Assembly (NCBI GenBank): GCA_017617295.1
Contig: JAFZWN010000084.1
Location: 7,142-71,141 of the forward strand
Reading direction: 5' to 3'
Length of the DNA stretch: 64,000 nucleotides
DNA from: Clostridiales bacterium
Lineage (GTDB): Bacteria > Bacillota > Clostridia > Saccharofermentanales > Saccharofermentanaceae
Part shown: piece after piece, positions 8,218 to 18,183 of the stretch
How the letters are laid out: every line of letters starts with the position of its first letter
Numbering within the stretch: the stretch's first letter is position 1
Position numbers and translations under genes: made by a program
Notes under the pieces: model-generated
Seen by the model: only the letters and a program-made list of their open reading frames with translations
The model's database searches: none
What the model was told of the DNA's origin: nothing

Positions 8218-9837
8218 TCAGAGAACCGGCGTATCGTTGTCCTGAGGTCTCTCACTCTTGATTACATGGATGAACATGTTGTGAAGGAGGTTGACGCTCG
8301 TAAGGATAACTTCACCCTGATTGAGCTTTCTTACGTGCTTGATCGCGTGATCGTCAAGGTGGCTCTCTACGGCATGGATCTCATCGTTGAGCATGAGCCT
8401 GTGGATAAGGAGAGTACCGATCTGACCGAAAAGAACGGAAGATACGTCCTTGGGGTTCTGTGTCGTAAGGTAAAGGAAGATACCCTTCTTACGTCCCTCT
8501 CTGGCGAGGAGCTCGAGACCGCCGTGGAATTCCTTGTCGGAATATCTGGACTTGGCATATCTGTGAACCTCATCGATAAAGAATACGAAGGGATTGATCT
8601 TATCCATCGAAAGTGCATAGTTACTTACCAGGTCGACGACCATTCCGCCGATACCTTCTGCGGCACCGAGTGCGGATGTATCGATATAAAGGCTGGCCTC
8701 GGGAAGATGTACGAACTCTTCGATAACATCGAGGAGGTTATACATATTGGGGTTGTTCGAGAAGAATGTCAGGAACTTTGTGTTGGTCATCTGATACTGG
8801 ATCTTCTGAACGAGGGAAGCGTTGGAGTTGGCCTTCAGCGTATCGTAACGGTACTTGAAGTTGTAGTTATTGTCTCTGTCGGGCTCGCAGACGGACTCTG
8901 CCTGGATCTGCTCGGGAAGGAGCTCGATATTGAAGTCGGTGTCATCCTTGGAAACGGATGCGAGGTTCTCCTGAACCTCATCGATGTTCTCACCTACCTT
9001 GAAGTAATAGGAATCCTCGTGGATCTTCTTCATGTAACGGAGGGAAGTGATAGCCTCGGAAAGAACGGCACCCTGGCTGCTGTTCTCAGTCTCGAAAAGC
9101 TTCTCCCACTGATCCATCGTAAGCTTACTGGGGGAGATGGTCGTATCAACGCCGAGAGTCAGCTTCGTGATCTCCTCGTTGGAGAATGCGTTCTTATACT
9201 CGCCCGTGGGGTCGATGATAAGTGCCTTACGCTTGCTCGAAACAAGCTTGTCGAGAATAGCGAGTGCTGTTGTTGACTTACCGCTGTTCGTAGCACCGAT
9301 GCACATAAGGTGACGGTTGAAGAGAGTACTGGGCTTCAGGATAACATCCGCCTGAGCCTTATCGATGTATGTGGCAAATGCGGGAAGCGGCTCCTCAGCC
9401 TCACTGGAGAACTCAAGGGAGCGCAGATAAAGCTTATAGATCTCATCTGTTGCAATATAGACTTTATCACCGATACCGAGAGTCTTGAATCCGGCTACCT
9501 GGAACTTGTTCGACTCCGGCAGGATGACTGCGATCGTGTCGATGCAGATCTCGTGATAGTCCATGGGTTTCTCTTCTGAAGAAGTTCCCATCTCGTATAT
9601 GTTCTTTCTCGAAGCCTTATTCTCGAAGATCTCGCCGAGGAACAGTCCTGCGCTCGAATCAATGATGACGAAGTAGTTGATGGTGTTGGGACGGAACGAT
9701 GCGTTAAATCTGCTCCGATCGGCCATTATGGACAGGTTGTCGACCTGTGCGATACAGTTACTCCTGTATACCTGAGTAACTTTTCCCATGTAGTAATCCT
9801 GGAGATTTACTCCCTCAAACAATGATTCAAGTGTCAT
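8218..9837 (-). CDS. HerA/FtsK-type (DUF87) P-loop ATPase with N-terminal barrel domain
   Basis: 539 aa. Walker A GATNSGKST, then IIDPTGEY. Walker B FFIDEVHRY, then LTTQNP. N-terminal ~90 aa resemble a HAS-barrel. SD GGGAGG upstream. The gene is monocistronic. Confidence 0.75.
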   Translation of the reverse strand: MTLESLFEGVNLQDYYMGKVTQVYRSNCIAQVDNLSIMADRSRFNASFRPNTINYFVIIDSSAGLFLGEIFENKASRKNIYEMGTSSEEKPMDYHEICIDTIAVILPESNKFQVAGFKTLGIGDKVYIATDEIYKLYLRSLEFSSEAEEPLPAFATYIDKAQADVILKPSTLFNRHLMCIGATNSGKSTTALAILDKLVSSKRKALIIDPTGEYKNAFSNEEITKLTLGVDTTISPSKLTMDQWEKLFETENSSQGAVLSEAITSLRYMKKIHEDSYYFKVGENIDEVQENLASVSKDDTDFNIELLPEQIQAESVCEPDRDNNYNFKYRYDTLKANSNASLVQKIQYQMTNTKFLTFFSNNPNMYNLLDVIEEFVHLPEASLYIDTSALGAAEGIGGMVVDLVSNYALSMDKINPFVFFIDEVHRYAKSRYSDKEFHGGLELLAREGRKKGIFLYLTTQNPKDVSSVLFGQIGTLLIHRLMLNDEIHAVESHLDDHAIKHVRKLNQGEVILTSVNLLHNMFIHVIKSERPQDNDTPVL

Positions 9838-10032
9838 TAAGTGCCTCCCGAGTTTGTAAAAAAGTGCGACCGGTCTGAAAAAGAGCCGCTACTTATTATA
9901 ATATAGACTGCCTGAATATGAAATTGTTATTTTTTCGCAAATATGACAATAATACATATTCGGCAAAAAATGAAGTCAGAGTATTTTGTCAGTTAGAAGA
10001 TATAATTTTACATATCAAGTCCGTTCCAAAGA

Positions 10033-10263
10033 TCAATCACACGAATACCCCGGTTTCTTATAGAGGGTTTCCATCTCCGGAGCGATCTCGGTATCCCATA
10101 CCTGAGGTTTCCAGTCTTCCTTCTCATATTCTTTTACTGCTACGGATACCGATGACAAGTCGCATCCGAGAAGCTCTGCTACATCGGAAGCGACCTTATC
10201 GGCGCATTTCCGAAGGACGTCTTCCGGACGTCCCTTATAGCATTTGATCGTTACGTGTGGCAT
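10033..10263 (-). CDS. pptA: tautomerase PptA (4-oxalocrotonate tautomerase superfamily)
   Basis: 76 aa starting MPHVTIKCY (catalytic Pro1) and ending ..W...WDTEIAPEMETLYKKPGYS. Colinear with E. coli PptA as I recall it. Confidence 0.8.
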   Translation of the reverse strand: MPHVTIKCYKGRPEDVLRKCADKVASDVAELLGCDLSSVSVAVKEYEKEDWKPQVWDTEIAPEMETLYKKPGYSCD

Positions 10264-10289
10264 ATTATACTCTCCTTTTGGTCATTTGA

Positions 10290-10619
10290 TCATGCGTTGC
10301 TTTCTGTGACAGCGGTCTTCCATTTCCCGTTCCATAGATCGATTATCTCCTGACGCTTTGATTTTCTGATAAGATACAGCCCCCAGAAAAAAGCGACGAC
10401 CGCTGCAGCCACGGCTCCGACGGAGGTTCCCGCGCCGCTTGCAGAGACAGTTGTCCTTCCCAGGACCTCCATCTCGGTACCGTATCCGGGGATCAAAGCG
10501 GCAAGGAGCTTGACATCGATAATTGATGAGAAGATGTTCGCCATGATCACCGTAAAGATCAGGAGAAGAAAATAAGACAGGATCGGATGATCCAGTATTA
10601 CGTGCTTTTTAGTCTTCAC
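10290..10619 (-). CDS. small membrane protein, unknown function
   Basis: 109 aa with two clear hydrophobic helices (ILSYFLLLIFTVIMANIF, VGAVAAAVVAFFWGLYLI). Confidence 0.55.
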   Translation of the reverse strand: MKTKKHVILDHPILSYFLLLIFTVIMANIFSSIIDVKLLAALIPGYGTEMEVLGRTTVSASGAGTSVGAVAAAVVAFFWGLYLIRKSKRQEIIDLWNGKWKTAVTESNA

Positions 10620-10809
10620 AACTAAAACCTCCTTGAGAACCTCAATATTTATTATAGAGGCTCCCCGGATATATGTCTATTTGGCAAACTAATACAAAAA
10701 TCGGAGGGCATATTTGTTCTTGACAGGAAACTGACGCCATCGGATCTGTTTCCATCACGATTGCGTGAAGGCGCGGGAATCCCCGGACCAATGCTGCCGG
10801 AAGAATGTT

Positions 10810-10957
10810 GTCCCTGCTGTTTCATATGAAACCGCAGCGCACGCTGTCCCTATTCATGTACATAAAAACAGCGCTTTTTGCAGAAGATCAGGGACAAACC
10901 CGCCTCTGTCCCTACCTTGGTACATATAAACGCGGTTTCACGAGCAAAATCAGGGAC
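10810..10957. repeat. mosaic palindromic repeat, locus 1 (truncated inverted unit + 50-nt unit + 12-nt linker + 50-nt unit)
   Basis: Units 10846-10895 and 10908-10957 both read GTCCCTA..GTACATA.AAA..GCG.TT....ATCAGGGAC. The linker is AAACCCGCCTCT. 10810-10845 is a truncated inverted unit. The same family occurs at 25737-25848. Confidence 0.85.
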
Positions 10958-11024
10958 AGCTGCTTCCTGTTTATGCTCTTCAGCTTTATCCGGCATCTCC
11001 TGTTCCGTTTTACCAAAAGGTTTT

Positions 11025-12755
11025 TCATCTGATCCATTTAAACTTTCTGAATACTCCGGGGACCATAGTCACAACTGCGGCGTAAACCTTTTTATCCTGC
11101 CAGTTTTCTCTTATGTTCTCGATCCCCGTATCGATCAGCTCACCGGTGACCTGATCCTGAAGCCCCTTAACTTCCTTATCTGTATATATCTTAACGCGGT
11201 CCGGTCTGATATTGTTTTTCACGTAACGGTAAAGGAAAAAGCTTCCGTCATCGTATGTGAACATCGAGAGATCCTTTCCGGATACATAAAGAGACGGGTC
11301 AAGGGTCCGTTTGATAAGGTCTGTGACAGGCTGGGGGATACTGTATATATCCGAAGGATTGTCGGGAACGGATAAGATATAGAGCCTGCCTCTGCCATAG
11401 GTGCTTCGAAGAAAGAGCGGCGTGTGGTAATCCCCGTCGCCTCCGTTTATAAGTGACCATGAGGCGTTATTGCCGTGAAGGATCTCGGGGAAGATCACAG
11501 GCTTCATATTGTCGACATAGCCTGCGGTATCTCCTGTCAGCTGATATCTTGTGACATTGATCTTACGGCCGGAGACATAAGCTTCGGTCATTCCTGCTTC
11601 ATGAAGCTTTTCGGATGTTCTTAACAGGAATCCTGACGTGATGAAAGCATCTCCGCCCGATCTTACGAAAGACTCGAGCTTATCAATGACCAGGGGATCG
11701 GAAGCGGAGCTCTCTGTAAGAAGTATCGTCTTACGCTCCGACGGGAATCCGGGTGTGGGATCTACCGGGATACCGGTCATGCCGAGCCTCATCTCCAGAT
11801 GGTTCTCGCCCGAGGATCCGTAAGGTATATAGACGGGAATGCCTGTCGGATCTCCGGTATCATCCAGCATATCATCGATCTTTTTAAGCTGTATTCCCAT
11901 GCCTCCCAGAAAGTAGTTATCGATCAGGTCGCTCCACTGGAAGAACATGAGCTCCCGTGCTTTGGCGAAAGCGGTAAGATAAGCCTGTTCGAGATAACGG
12001 TCGGCCGACCAGCACTGATATGTGTCGAACCATCCTCCGCCGTTTCTTCCGGGCCAGGCATTATCGATATATCTGACAAGGGAATAGCTCAGATACTCGG
12101 GAAGATGCTGATCCGCGTATCTGGGGCTTCTGGTCTCGGTACCTATATAGGTGGCATCAAAGATGTCCTGCTGGTCTTTGGGAAGATAACCAGTGAAGTG
12201 ATATGATTCGCGCCAGTTCGGATACTTGACGACCATCCTGACATTCGGGTTGACAGCTTTGGCGGGCCTTACGATAAGTTCCTTTGAGACATCTCTCATG
12301 AGATCCCTTCTGAAAGACACCCAGTCGCGGCTGCCCTTTTCCCTGATACAGCGTTCGCATGTGCAGTTTGTGAAATAGAAATCGTCGAGGATCACCTCGT
12401 CAAAAAGGCGTGCTGCGGCTTCTGATATCTCACGGGCCTTGGCTCTCATAACGGAGTCGGTATAGCAGAAAGTATTAAACAGCCTTTGCTTCCCGGGCTC
12501 AGAACCCTCGAGATCGGGGATTATGGTGGTTATTCCGCCCGAGACGGCAACACCATTATCTTCGAGAGTCCGCTTTATCATAAGGAGCTGTTCTTCCGGC
12601 ACATCGATATCCCCTCTGTGGGTCTCGAGATACACCTTATCGAGACCGACATATCTCTCGAGGAAGCCGTAGTCTGAACAAAGCTTCTCCTCCGTCATCG
12701 AGGATGCAATGGCAGCGGGTATATATACAACGGTCTTAAAGTTTCTGTAATGCAT
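11025..12755 (-). CDS. hypothetical protein, glycoside-hydrolase-like architecture (TIM-barrel-like N-terminus)
   Basis: Long ORF (track start 12791). GGAGG lies 11 nt upstream of Met13 at 12755, and there is no SD before 12791. Cys cluster FTNCTCERC. The function call is weak. Confidence 0.45.
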   Translation of the reverse strand: MHYRNFKTVVYIPAAIASSMTEEKLCSDYGFLERYVGLDKVYLETHRGDIDVPEEQLLMIKRTLEDNGVAVSGGITTIIPDLEGSEPGKQRLFNTFCYTDSVMRAKAREISEAAARLFDEVILDDFYFTNCTCERCIREKGSRDWVSFRRDLMRDVSKELIVRPAKAVNPNVRMVVKYPNWRESYHFTGYLPKDQQDIFDATYIGTETRSPRYADQHLPEYLSYSLVRYIDNAWPGRNGGGWFDTYQCWSADRYLEQAYLTAFAKARELMFFQWSDLIDNYFLGGMGIQLKKIDDMLDDTGDPTGIPVYIPYGSSGENHLEMRLGMTGIPVDPTPGFPSERKTILLTESSASDPLVIDKLESFVRSGGDAFITSGFLLRTSEKLHEAGMTEAYVSGRKINVTRYQLTGDTAGYVDNMKPVIFPEILHGNNASWSLINGGDGDYHTPLFLRSTYGRGRLYILSVPDNPSDIYSIPQPVTDLIKRTLDPSLYVSGKDLSMFTYDDGSFFLYRYVKNNIRPDRVKIYTDKEVKGLQDQVTGELIDTGIENIRENWQDKKVYAAVVTMVPGVFRKFKWIR

Positions 12756-12873
12756 AAAAAGACTTACCTCCGGGATCGGACAGTTCTTCATTTCTTTTTA
12801 TACTTAAAGACGGATCTTATCAAGGACAGCGCGTCTGTTTTCGCGAAATTAAATGTATATATATGTAATTATT

Positions 12874-15800
12874 CTATTTCTCTTTGGGCTGCACGCTGAT
12901 ACCGTCTCCCCACTCGAAGAATTGTTCGAGCTTAAGAGGTCTCGAATAATAGTAGCCCTGGAAGCTCCCGACATTGAAATCCTGGAGTATATCTCTCATG
13001 CCTGCGGTCTCGATACCTTCGACGCATACCTTTGCTCCGAATAAGGAAGCCACGCCGGCGAAGTGCCTGATCAGTTCGCGGTCGGCCCCGTTATCTTCGA
13101 TCTTGGCAACGAATCCCTGATCTATCTTGATGATGTCAAAAGGGATCTCCTTTACGATACCGATGGATGAGAATCCCGTTCCGAAATCGTCAAGCGCTAT
13201 AAGTATGCCTCTGGCCTTAAGGCTGGCCGTAACGTTACGGAGGAGCTTGATATCCAGGAGCCTGCAACGTTCCGTGACCTCGAAGCAGAGATGGCCGGCC
13301 GGGTATTTCATCTCGGTCAGTATACGGAATACCATATCGGAAAAGTCATGTTTTTCGAGCTGCGTATATGAGAGATTGATGTTGATGACAAAATCCGGAA
13401 CCTTTTTGATGATCTTCTTTGCCGCACGGATGGCTTCCCTGATGATCCACTCACCGAGTTCCGGGAAAAGCGGGTCGGACTCAAGAAGCGGGATGAACTG
13501 GTCGGGAGGGACGGTGCCGTATGTATCGTTCTTCCAGCGAAGAAGGGCTTCGGCAGAGATGAGCTTCTCGGTCTTGGCGTCAACGACCGGCTGATAAAGA
13601 AGATAGAATCCCTTGTAACCGTTCATTATCGAGGCGCGGATGGCGTGAAGCTTCTCAAGCCTCTGACGGTTGTTCTCATTAAGGTCGTTCTCGAAGATCA
13701 CCATGTCGCCCTGATGGCGGGTCTTGGATTCGTTATAGGCGAAGTTCAGACAGGCATAGACTGTCTGTGTATCAAAGTCAAAACGGTCGAGTTTCAGTGC
13801 TCCGCAGTTTACCTCGAGAAGGACTCTCTTGTCATCGGCCTGGAACACTTCACGGAAATAGTTACGGAACTTCCTGTATCTTTCCCGGATATCATCCTCG
13901 GACAGGGAGTTGCTTATGATGGCGAACTTGGTTCCGTCGATCCTATAGCAGGTTCCGCTATTCCCGGTTGTCTCAAGAACCTTTCTGGCATAGAGCTGCA
14001 GTACGCGGTTGCCGAAATGGTAACCGTATACTTCGTTTATCTCGGAGAATTTGCTGATGCCGACAACAAGAACGTAAACGGAGGCCTCTCTGTTGATCCA
14101 GCCGTCGAGATCCTCGAAGAAACCGTACTGGTTACGAAGACCCGTCAATGTGTCGAGATGTCCCTGGGAACCGTGGTTACGGATAGTGCCGACAAAGTAG
14201 TCGGGCTCCCCGTGAAGGTCCCTTATGACGACGCCCCTGCAGGTGCAGACATCGTATTCACCGTTTGGTTTTCTGGTACGGTACTGCATGTCGTGACCTG
14301 AGGAATTGCCCGCAAATATCTCATCTATACCCTTGTGATAAGCCTCGCGGTCATCGGGATGGATATAGTTCTCCCAGATGTCTCCTGCGCCGTACATATA
14401 CTCTGAAGGAAGATTATAAGTATCCACCGCGGTCTTGGACCACTTGGAATAATCGTATTTCATGTCGCAGAGAAATACGTAAGTACCCTCCGAAACGATA
14501 TCGTAGGACTTAAAGAGTGAATCCAGCATCTTTCTTCTGTCCTCGGTGATCCTCTTCTCGTTTGCTATCTCTTTCAGCGAGTGGGTCTCGCGCATGAGCT
14601 TCATTTCCTTGAGACGGGTCTTATCTTCATACATGCGGCCGTCGGCTCTGTGGAAGAGATCCTCGACAGAGGCGTCACTACCGGAACTATAGAAAGCCAT
14701 ACCGAGAGCGACTACGGGACCCGAATCCGTCCTGATATTCTCTTCGATCTGTTTCCTGAACCCGGAAATGAGATTATCCCGGTCGGCATAATCCGCTCCC
14801 CTTAAGATAACGGTAAACTCGTCTCCGCCGATCCTGAATACCGGGCTGTGAGCGAATGTCCTGCATATGAGCTTACAGGCGGCCTTGATATATTCGTCGC
14901 CCGCTTTATGACCCTGGGTATCGTTTATGAGCTTCAGGTCGTTAAGATCGCATACCAGCATCCCGAAAGGATCGGCCTCTTTATTGTCGATATCTTTCTG
15001 AAGCTCTTTCTCGAACTCCTGATAAGCCGTCTTATTCCTGGTCCCGGTGAGGCTGTCGCGGCGCGCCGTCTCATTTGCCATCGTAAGCGCCATCAGATGT
15101 TCCTTCTCTTTTTTCACATCCTCTTCCCGGTTCTCGATACAGATGATGAAATGAGTCTTATCCGAAGACCAGGTCACGGTCATCCGGGTGTATTGAGGCT
15201 CTTTGCTCCCGACGACCATCCTGTAGTCCTCGATCAGATGTTTGGCGGTGTCGAGCCGTGAGATGAGATTATCCTTATTGAGGAAAAGCTTAATACGCTC
15301 GCGGTCTTCCGCATAGATGACGAGATCCGCGTTCCTTTCCGATACGGCAAAGAAGTCGTCGCCTTCCTCCTGAATTTCCAGTTCGCCGTAGAGCTTATGT
15401 GTGGCAAACTCCATATAGTGTTCGGTTTCCAGATCGATATAATAGATCAGGTCATACTGTGATGCGAGGCTCTCTGCGATCTGCGTAAACGTAACGCTCT
15501 TCTGTCTGGTCTGTGCGAGCTCAAGTCTTGCCTTGACCTCATCATCGATATTCTCGATACAGATGATGATATGCTTTTTGTCGCTGGCCATGATCTCGGT
15601 ATGCCGGATGTGCCTGACTTGTTCGTTTACGACCAGACGGTAAGCCAGGGAGTAAGAATTCCTGTGCTTCAGATTATTGAGCATTGCATCTTTATAGTGG
15701 ATCCTGATGACCTTTTCCTGATCTTCGGGATGCACGTATTTTCTTATGCTCCGGCGGCTGTCGGCGAAGAAATCGCTTCCCGTCGCGGGAACGTTCAGCT

Positions 15801-16350
15801 TCTTGTATTCATCGGTAGAGGATATCTCGACATAAGTGCACGTTTCCATATCGACGTAATAGAGGGTATCATACTGGCCCGCGAGACTGGATGTGATCTG
15901 GTTATATACCTCCTTCTGCCGGGCAGTCTCCTTCTCCGCCTCTCTGCGGCGGTATTCCTCGTCGATGTTCAGAACGCCGAGTATAAAATAATCGGCATTA
16001 TCATCCAGACCTCTGATCATCTTCAGGGAATGCCACGTCGGGACTCCGTTTATCATCAGGCGGTATTCTATACTCTGCATGCTGCCTTTTTTCATGGCGC
16101 ACAGAAGATTGTCCTTCTGGATATCGTCAAGGAAGATATGCTGATCCTCTTTATAGATGACCTTCTTACAGTCGCGCTTTATGTTCTTGAAGAAGTCGTC
16201 GCCGCCCTGTTCGAGCCTGAGCGAATGGAATTCGGGATTAACGGAGTACCAGTAATATTCGTTTGTGACCGCATTAACATAATAGACACTGGAATAGTCA
16301 ACAAGTAGAGATTCCGCGATCTTTTTAAAGATGTTGTCCTGTTTTGTCAT
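12874..16350 (-). CDS. multi-PAS c-di-GMP signalling protein (GGDEF + degenerate GGDEF + EAL)
   Basis: 1158 aa. Intact FRIGGDEFTVIL. Second cyclase domain is degenerate (YRIDGTKFAII). EAL domain motifs SAEALLRW, DDFGTGFSS, KIDQGF, EGIET. Confidence 0.9.
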   Translation of the reverse strand: MTKQDNIFKKIAESLLVDYSSVYYVNAVTNEYYWYSVNPEFHSLRLEQGGDDFFKNIKRDCKKVIYKEDQHIFLDDIQKDNLLCAMKKGSMQSIEYRLMINGVPTWHSLKMIRGLDDNADYFILGVLNIDEEYRRREAEKETARQKEVYNQITSSLAGQYDTLYYVDMETCTYVEISSTDEYKKLNVPATGSDFFADSRRSIRKYVHPEDQEKVIRIHYKDAMLNNLKHRNSYSLAYRLVVNEQVRHIRHTEIMASDKKHIIICIENIDDEVKARLELAQTRQKSVTFTQIAESLASQYDLIYYIDLETEHYMEFATHKLYGELEIQEEGDDFFAVSERNADLVIYAEDRERIKLFLNKDNLISRLDTAKHLIEDYRMVVGSKEPQYTRMTVTWSSDKTHFIICIENREEDVKKEKEHLMALTMANETARRDSLTGTRNKTAYQEFEKELQKDIDNKEADPFGMLVCDLNDLKLINDTQGHKAGDEYIKAACKLICRTFAHSPVFRIGGDEFTVILRGADYADRDNLISGFRKQIEENIRTDSGPVVALGMAFYSSGSDASVEDLFHRADGRMYEDKTRLKEMKLMRETHSLKEIANEKRITEDRRKMLDSLFKSYDIVSEGTYVFLCDMKYDYSKWSKTAVDTYNLPSEYMYGAGDIWENYIHPDDREAYHKGIDEIFAGNSSGHDMQYRTRKPNGEYDVCTCRGVVIRDLHGEPDYFVGTIRNHGSQGHLDTLTGLRNQYGFFEDLDGWINREASVYVLVVGISKFSEINEVYGYHFGNRVLQLYARKVLETTGNSGTCYRIDGTKFAIISNSLSEDDIRERYRKFRNYFREVFQADDKRVLLEVNCGALKLDRFDFDTQTVYACLNFAYNESKTRHQGDMVIFENDLNENNRQRLEKLHAIRASIMNGYKGFYLLYQPVVDAKTEKLISAEALLRWKNDTYGTVPPDQFIPLLESDPLFPELGEWIIREAIRAAKKIIKKVPDFVININLSYTQLEKHDFSDMVFRILTEMKYPAGHLCFEVTERCRLLDIKLLRNVTASLKARGILIALDDFGTGFSSIGIVKEIPFDIIKIDQGFVAKIEDNGADRELIRHFAGVASLFGAKVCVEGIETAGMRDILQDFNVGSFQGYYYSRPLKLEQFFEWGDGISVQPKEK

Positions 16351-16452
16351 ATGCGCCTCCGCATTAACCGTGTACTGTTATTATATAATATAAAAAATTA
16401 AGTTTCTTTTAACATTTGCAGACAAACAGTACATATTTTGTTAAACGGGTCT

Positions 16453-16947
16453 TTAACCGCGTGACAGTTCCTTTTTCATATATATGCCGTCAGGACCGGA
16501 ATCCGCTGGTTCATAGCCGCATTTTACATACAGATCATAAGCAGGGGCGTTATGTTCCCATACATATAGAGAAGATATCCCGCAGCCGTCTTCACGGGCT
16601 TTCCGTTCCATCTCAGCCAGGGCTTTTGCCGCGTAGCCTTTCCGCCTTTCATCCTCATCGATAAGGAGATCGAAAAGGAAGACCTGTCTCACGCCGCCGT
16701 TATCCTCATAACCGTACCATATCCGCCCGACATCCTTTCTGTTCCCGGGATCTTCTATCACCATCGGAAAACAGTTTTCTGTATTAAGCCCGTCGGGGAG
16801 GATATCGTTAAACTCTTCTGCTGCCGAGTTCATCGCCTCCTCTTCGGAGATATCCCTTTCTTTGAGCATATCCGAGGCATAATCTTTTATGCTGTAAGCC
16901 TTGAAGTTCTCGAATTCCTTATCGTTCATTTTCCGCAATATGATCAT
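16453..16947 (-). CDS. GNAT family N-acetyltransferase
   Basis: 164 aa with an RRKGYAAKAL acetyl-CoA loop and typical GNAT length. Confidence 0.75.
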   Translation of the reverse strand: MIILRKMNDKEFENFKAYSIKDYASDMLKERDISEEEAMNSAAEEFNDILPDGLNTENCFPMVIEDPGNRKDVGRIWYGYEDNGGVRQVFLFDLLIDEDERRKGYAAKALAEMERKAREDGCGISSLYVWEHNAPAYDLYVKCGYEPADSGPDGIYMKKELSRG

Positions 16948-16980
16948 TTCCGCTTTTCCTCCGGGGGATCCTCCTATCCC

Positions 16981-17601
16981 TCAGAACAGATCCCGCAGTC
17001 CGTTCAGGTCGTCCGTGATGTGATCGGGCTGTTCTTCGGATAAGCCGGGATCCTGATGGACCGAGAAACCCTGTCTTATCCATACGGTCTTCATTCCGAT
17101 CCTTTTTGCCGGGACGATATCATTATCGAGCCTGTCGCCTATCATTACCGCTTCGTCAGCAGAACAGCCCGCCATATTAAGCGCGCGTTCAAAGATTCTC
17201 CTGTCAGGCTTCGATATCCCGAGCTCGGCCGATGCCGCCACGACATCTATGTACTTAAGAAGCCCCCATTTTTCCAGCCTGCCGGAAGTACCGGGAGCCT
17301 GGTTGGCAATGACTCCGATCCCGTATCCTTTTTCTTTCAGGTATCGAAGTATATCAGAAGCCTCAGGATAGGGGACCTCATCCTCGGTATGCCACGGTGT
17401 TCTTGTCAGTCCGTAGAACTCCATCGCCTCGAGATCGCCTCTCTTATTTTGCCGGGCATAAAACAGCCTCTTCTCCTGAAACTGCCAGAAAGTGATATCC
17501 GTGCCTTCGATCACATCCATGATACGGTGCTCATAAGCTTTCGTCTCATCGATAAGCGTGGACCCGACATCAAAAAATATCCATTTGATCTTCTTATCCA
17601 T
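16981..17601 (-). CDS. HAD family hydrolase
   Basis: 206 aa. Motif I IFFDVGSTL. Motif IV MIGDRLDNDI. Confidence 0.75.
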   Translation of the reverse strand: MDKKIKWIFFDVGSTLIDETKAYEHRIMDVIEGTDITFWQFQEKRLFYARQNKRGDLEAMEFYGLTRTPWHTEDEVPYPEASDILRYLKEKGYGIGVIANQAPGTSGRLEKWGLLKYIDVVAASAELGISKPDRRIFERALNMAGCSADEAVMIGDRLDNDIVPAKRIGMKTVWIRQGFSVHQDPGLSEEQPDHITDDLNGLRDLF

Positions 17602-17625
17602 GTATATACTTTATCATACCGGGGC

Positions 17626-18078
17626 TTAGTTATAGCCGCTGATGGCTGAGGATATCAGCGAACCGTCTATTCCCATGACTCCGGTCGGATATGCGGAACC
17701 ATTCGAATAGATGTATCTCGTATAAGTATTTCCCGTCTCGCTTCGAAGGTAATGATCCGAAGTGCCGTCAGAGTAACGAAGGCAGATACTGATACCGTCG
17801 GAGCCTCCCCCGGCATCCCCGGCATCAAGAAGGTTGAGCGATGTTATCCTGGAAGATCTTATCGCATCGTAGATCTCCTTTTTGACAGATCCGTCTTCGA
17901 TGACCCTCTCGTGAATATCTTCGCCTGACCCGTACGATATCGTAACGGTCTGAAGTTCCCCGAAGTCACGGCTCACTCTGGGATAGAACAGCCGCAGCAG
18001 TATAACGGATGAGACTACCGCGATCAAAGCGAAAAATAATATACGCAGAAATATCTTCTTTTTACTCATATTTTCCAT
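17626..18078 (-). CDS. membrane-anchored hypothetical protein
   Basis: The track ORF runs to 18417 but overlaps the divergent HAD gene. An extended -10 TGATATAAT (18097-18089) sits 10 nt before ATG 18078 (MENMSKKKIFLRILFFALIAVVSSVILL..). An alternative ATG is at 18069. Confidence 0.5.
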   Translation of the reverse strand: MENMSKKKIFLRILFFALIAVVSSVILLRLFYPRVSRDFGELQTVTISYGSGEDIHERVIEDGSVKKEIYDAIRSSRITSLNLLDAGDAGGGSDGISICLRYSDGTSDHYLRSETGNTYTRYIYSNGSAYPTGVMGIDGSLISSAISGYN

Positions 18079-18183
18079 GATGGACTCTATTATATCAGGC
18101 CGCGAAAAAAGTTCAGGGCAAAAATGCGTGCCCGTATTGCCAAAAACAACAGAATAAATTATCCTGTCTAGTAAGTTTTTTAC

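Noticed and set aside
10878-11375. ORFs 10878-11375 (+) and 25769-26017 (+) with similar N-termini (..IRDK..VPTLVH..) that could be taken for paralogous genes.
   Set aside because: The similarity is confined to the 50-nt palindromic repeat units. The rest of each ORF is antisense to, or outside of, real genes.
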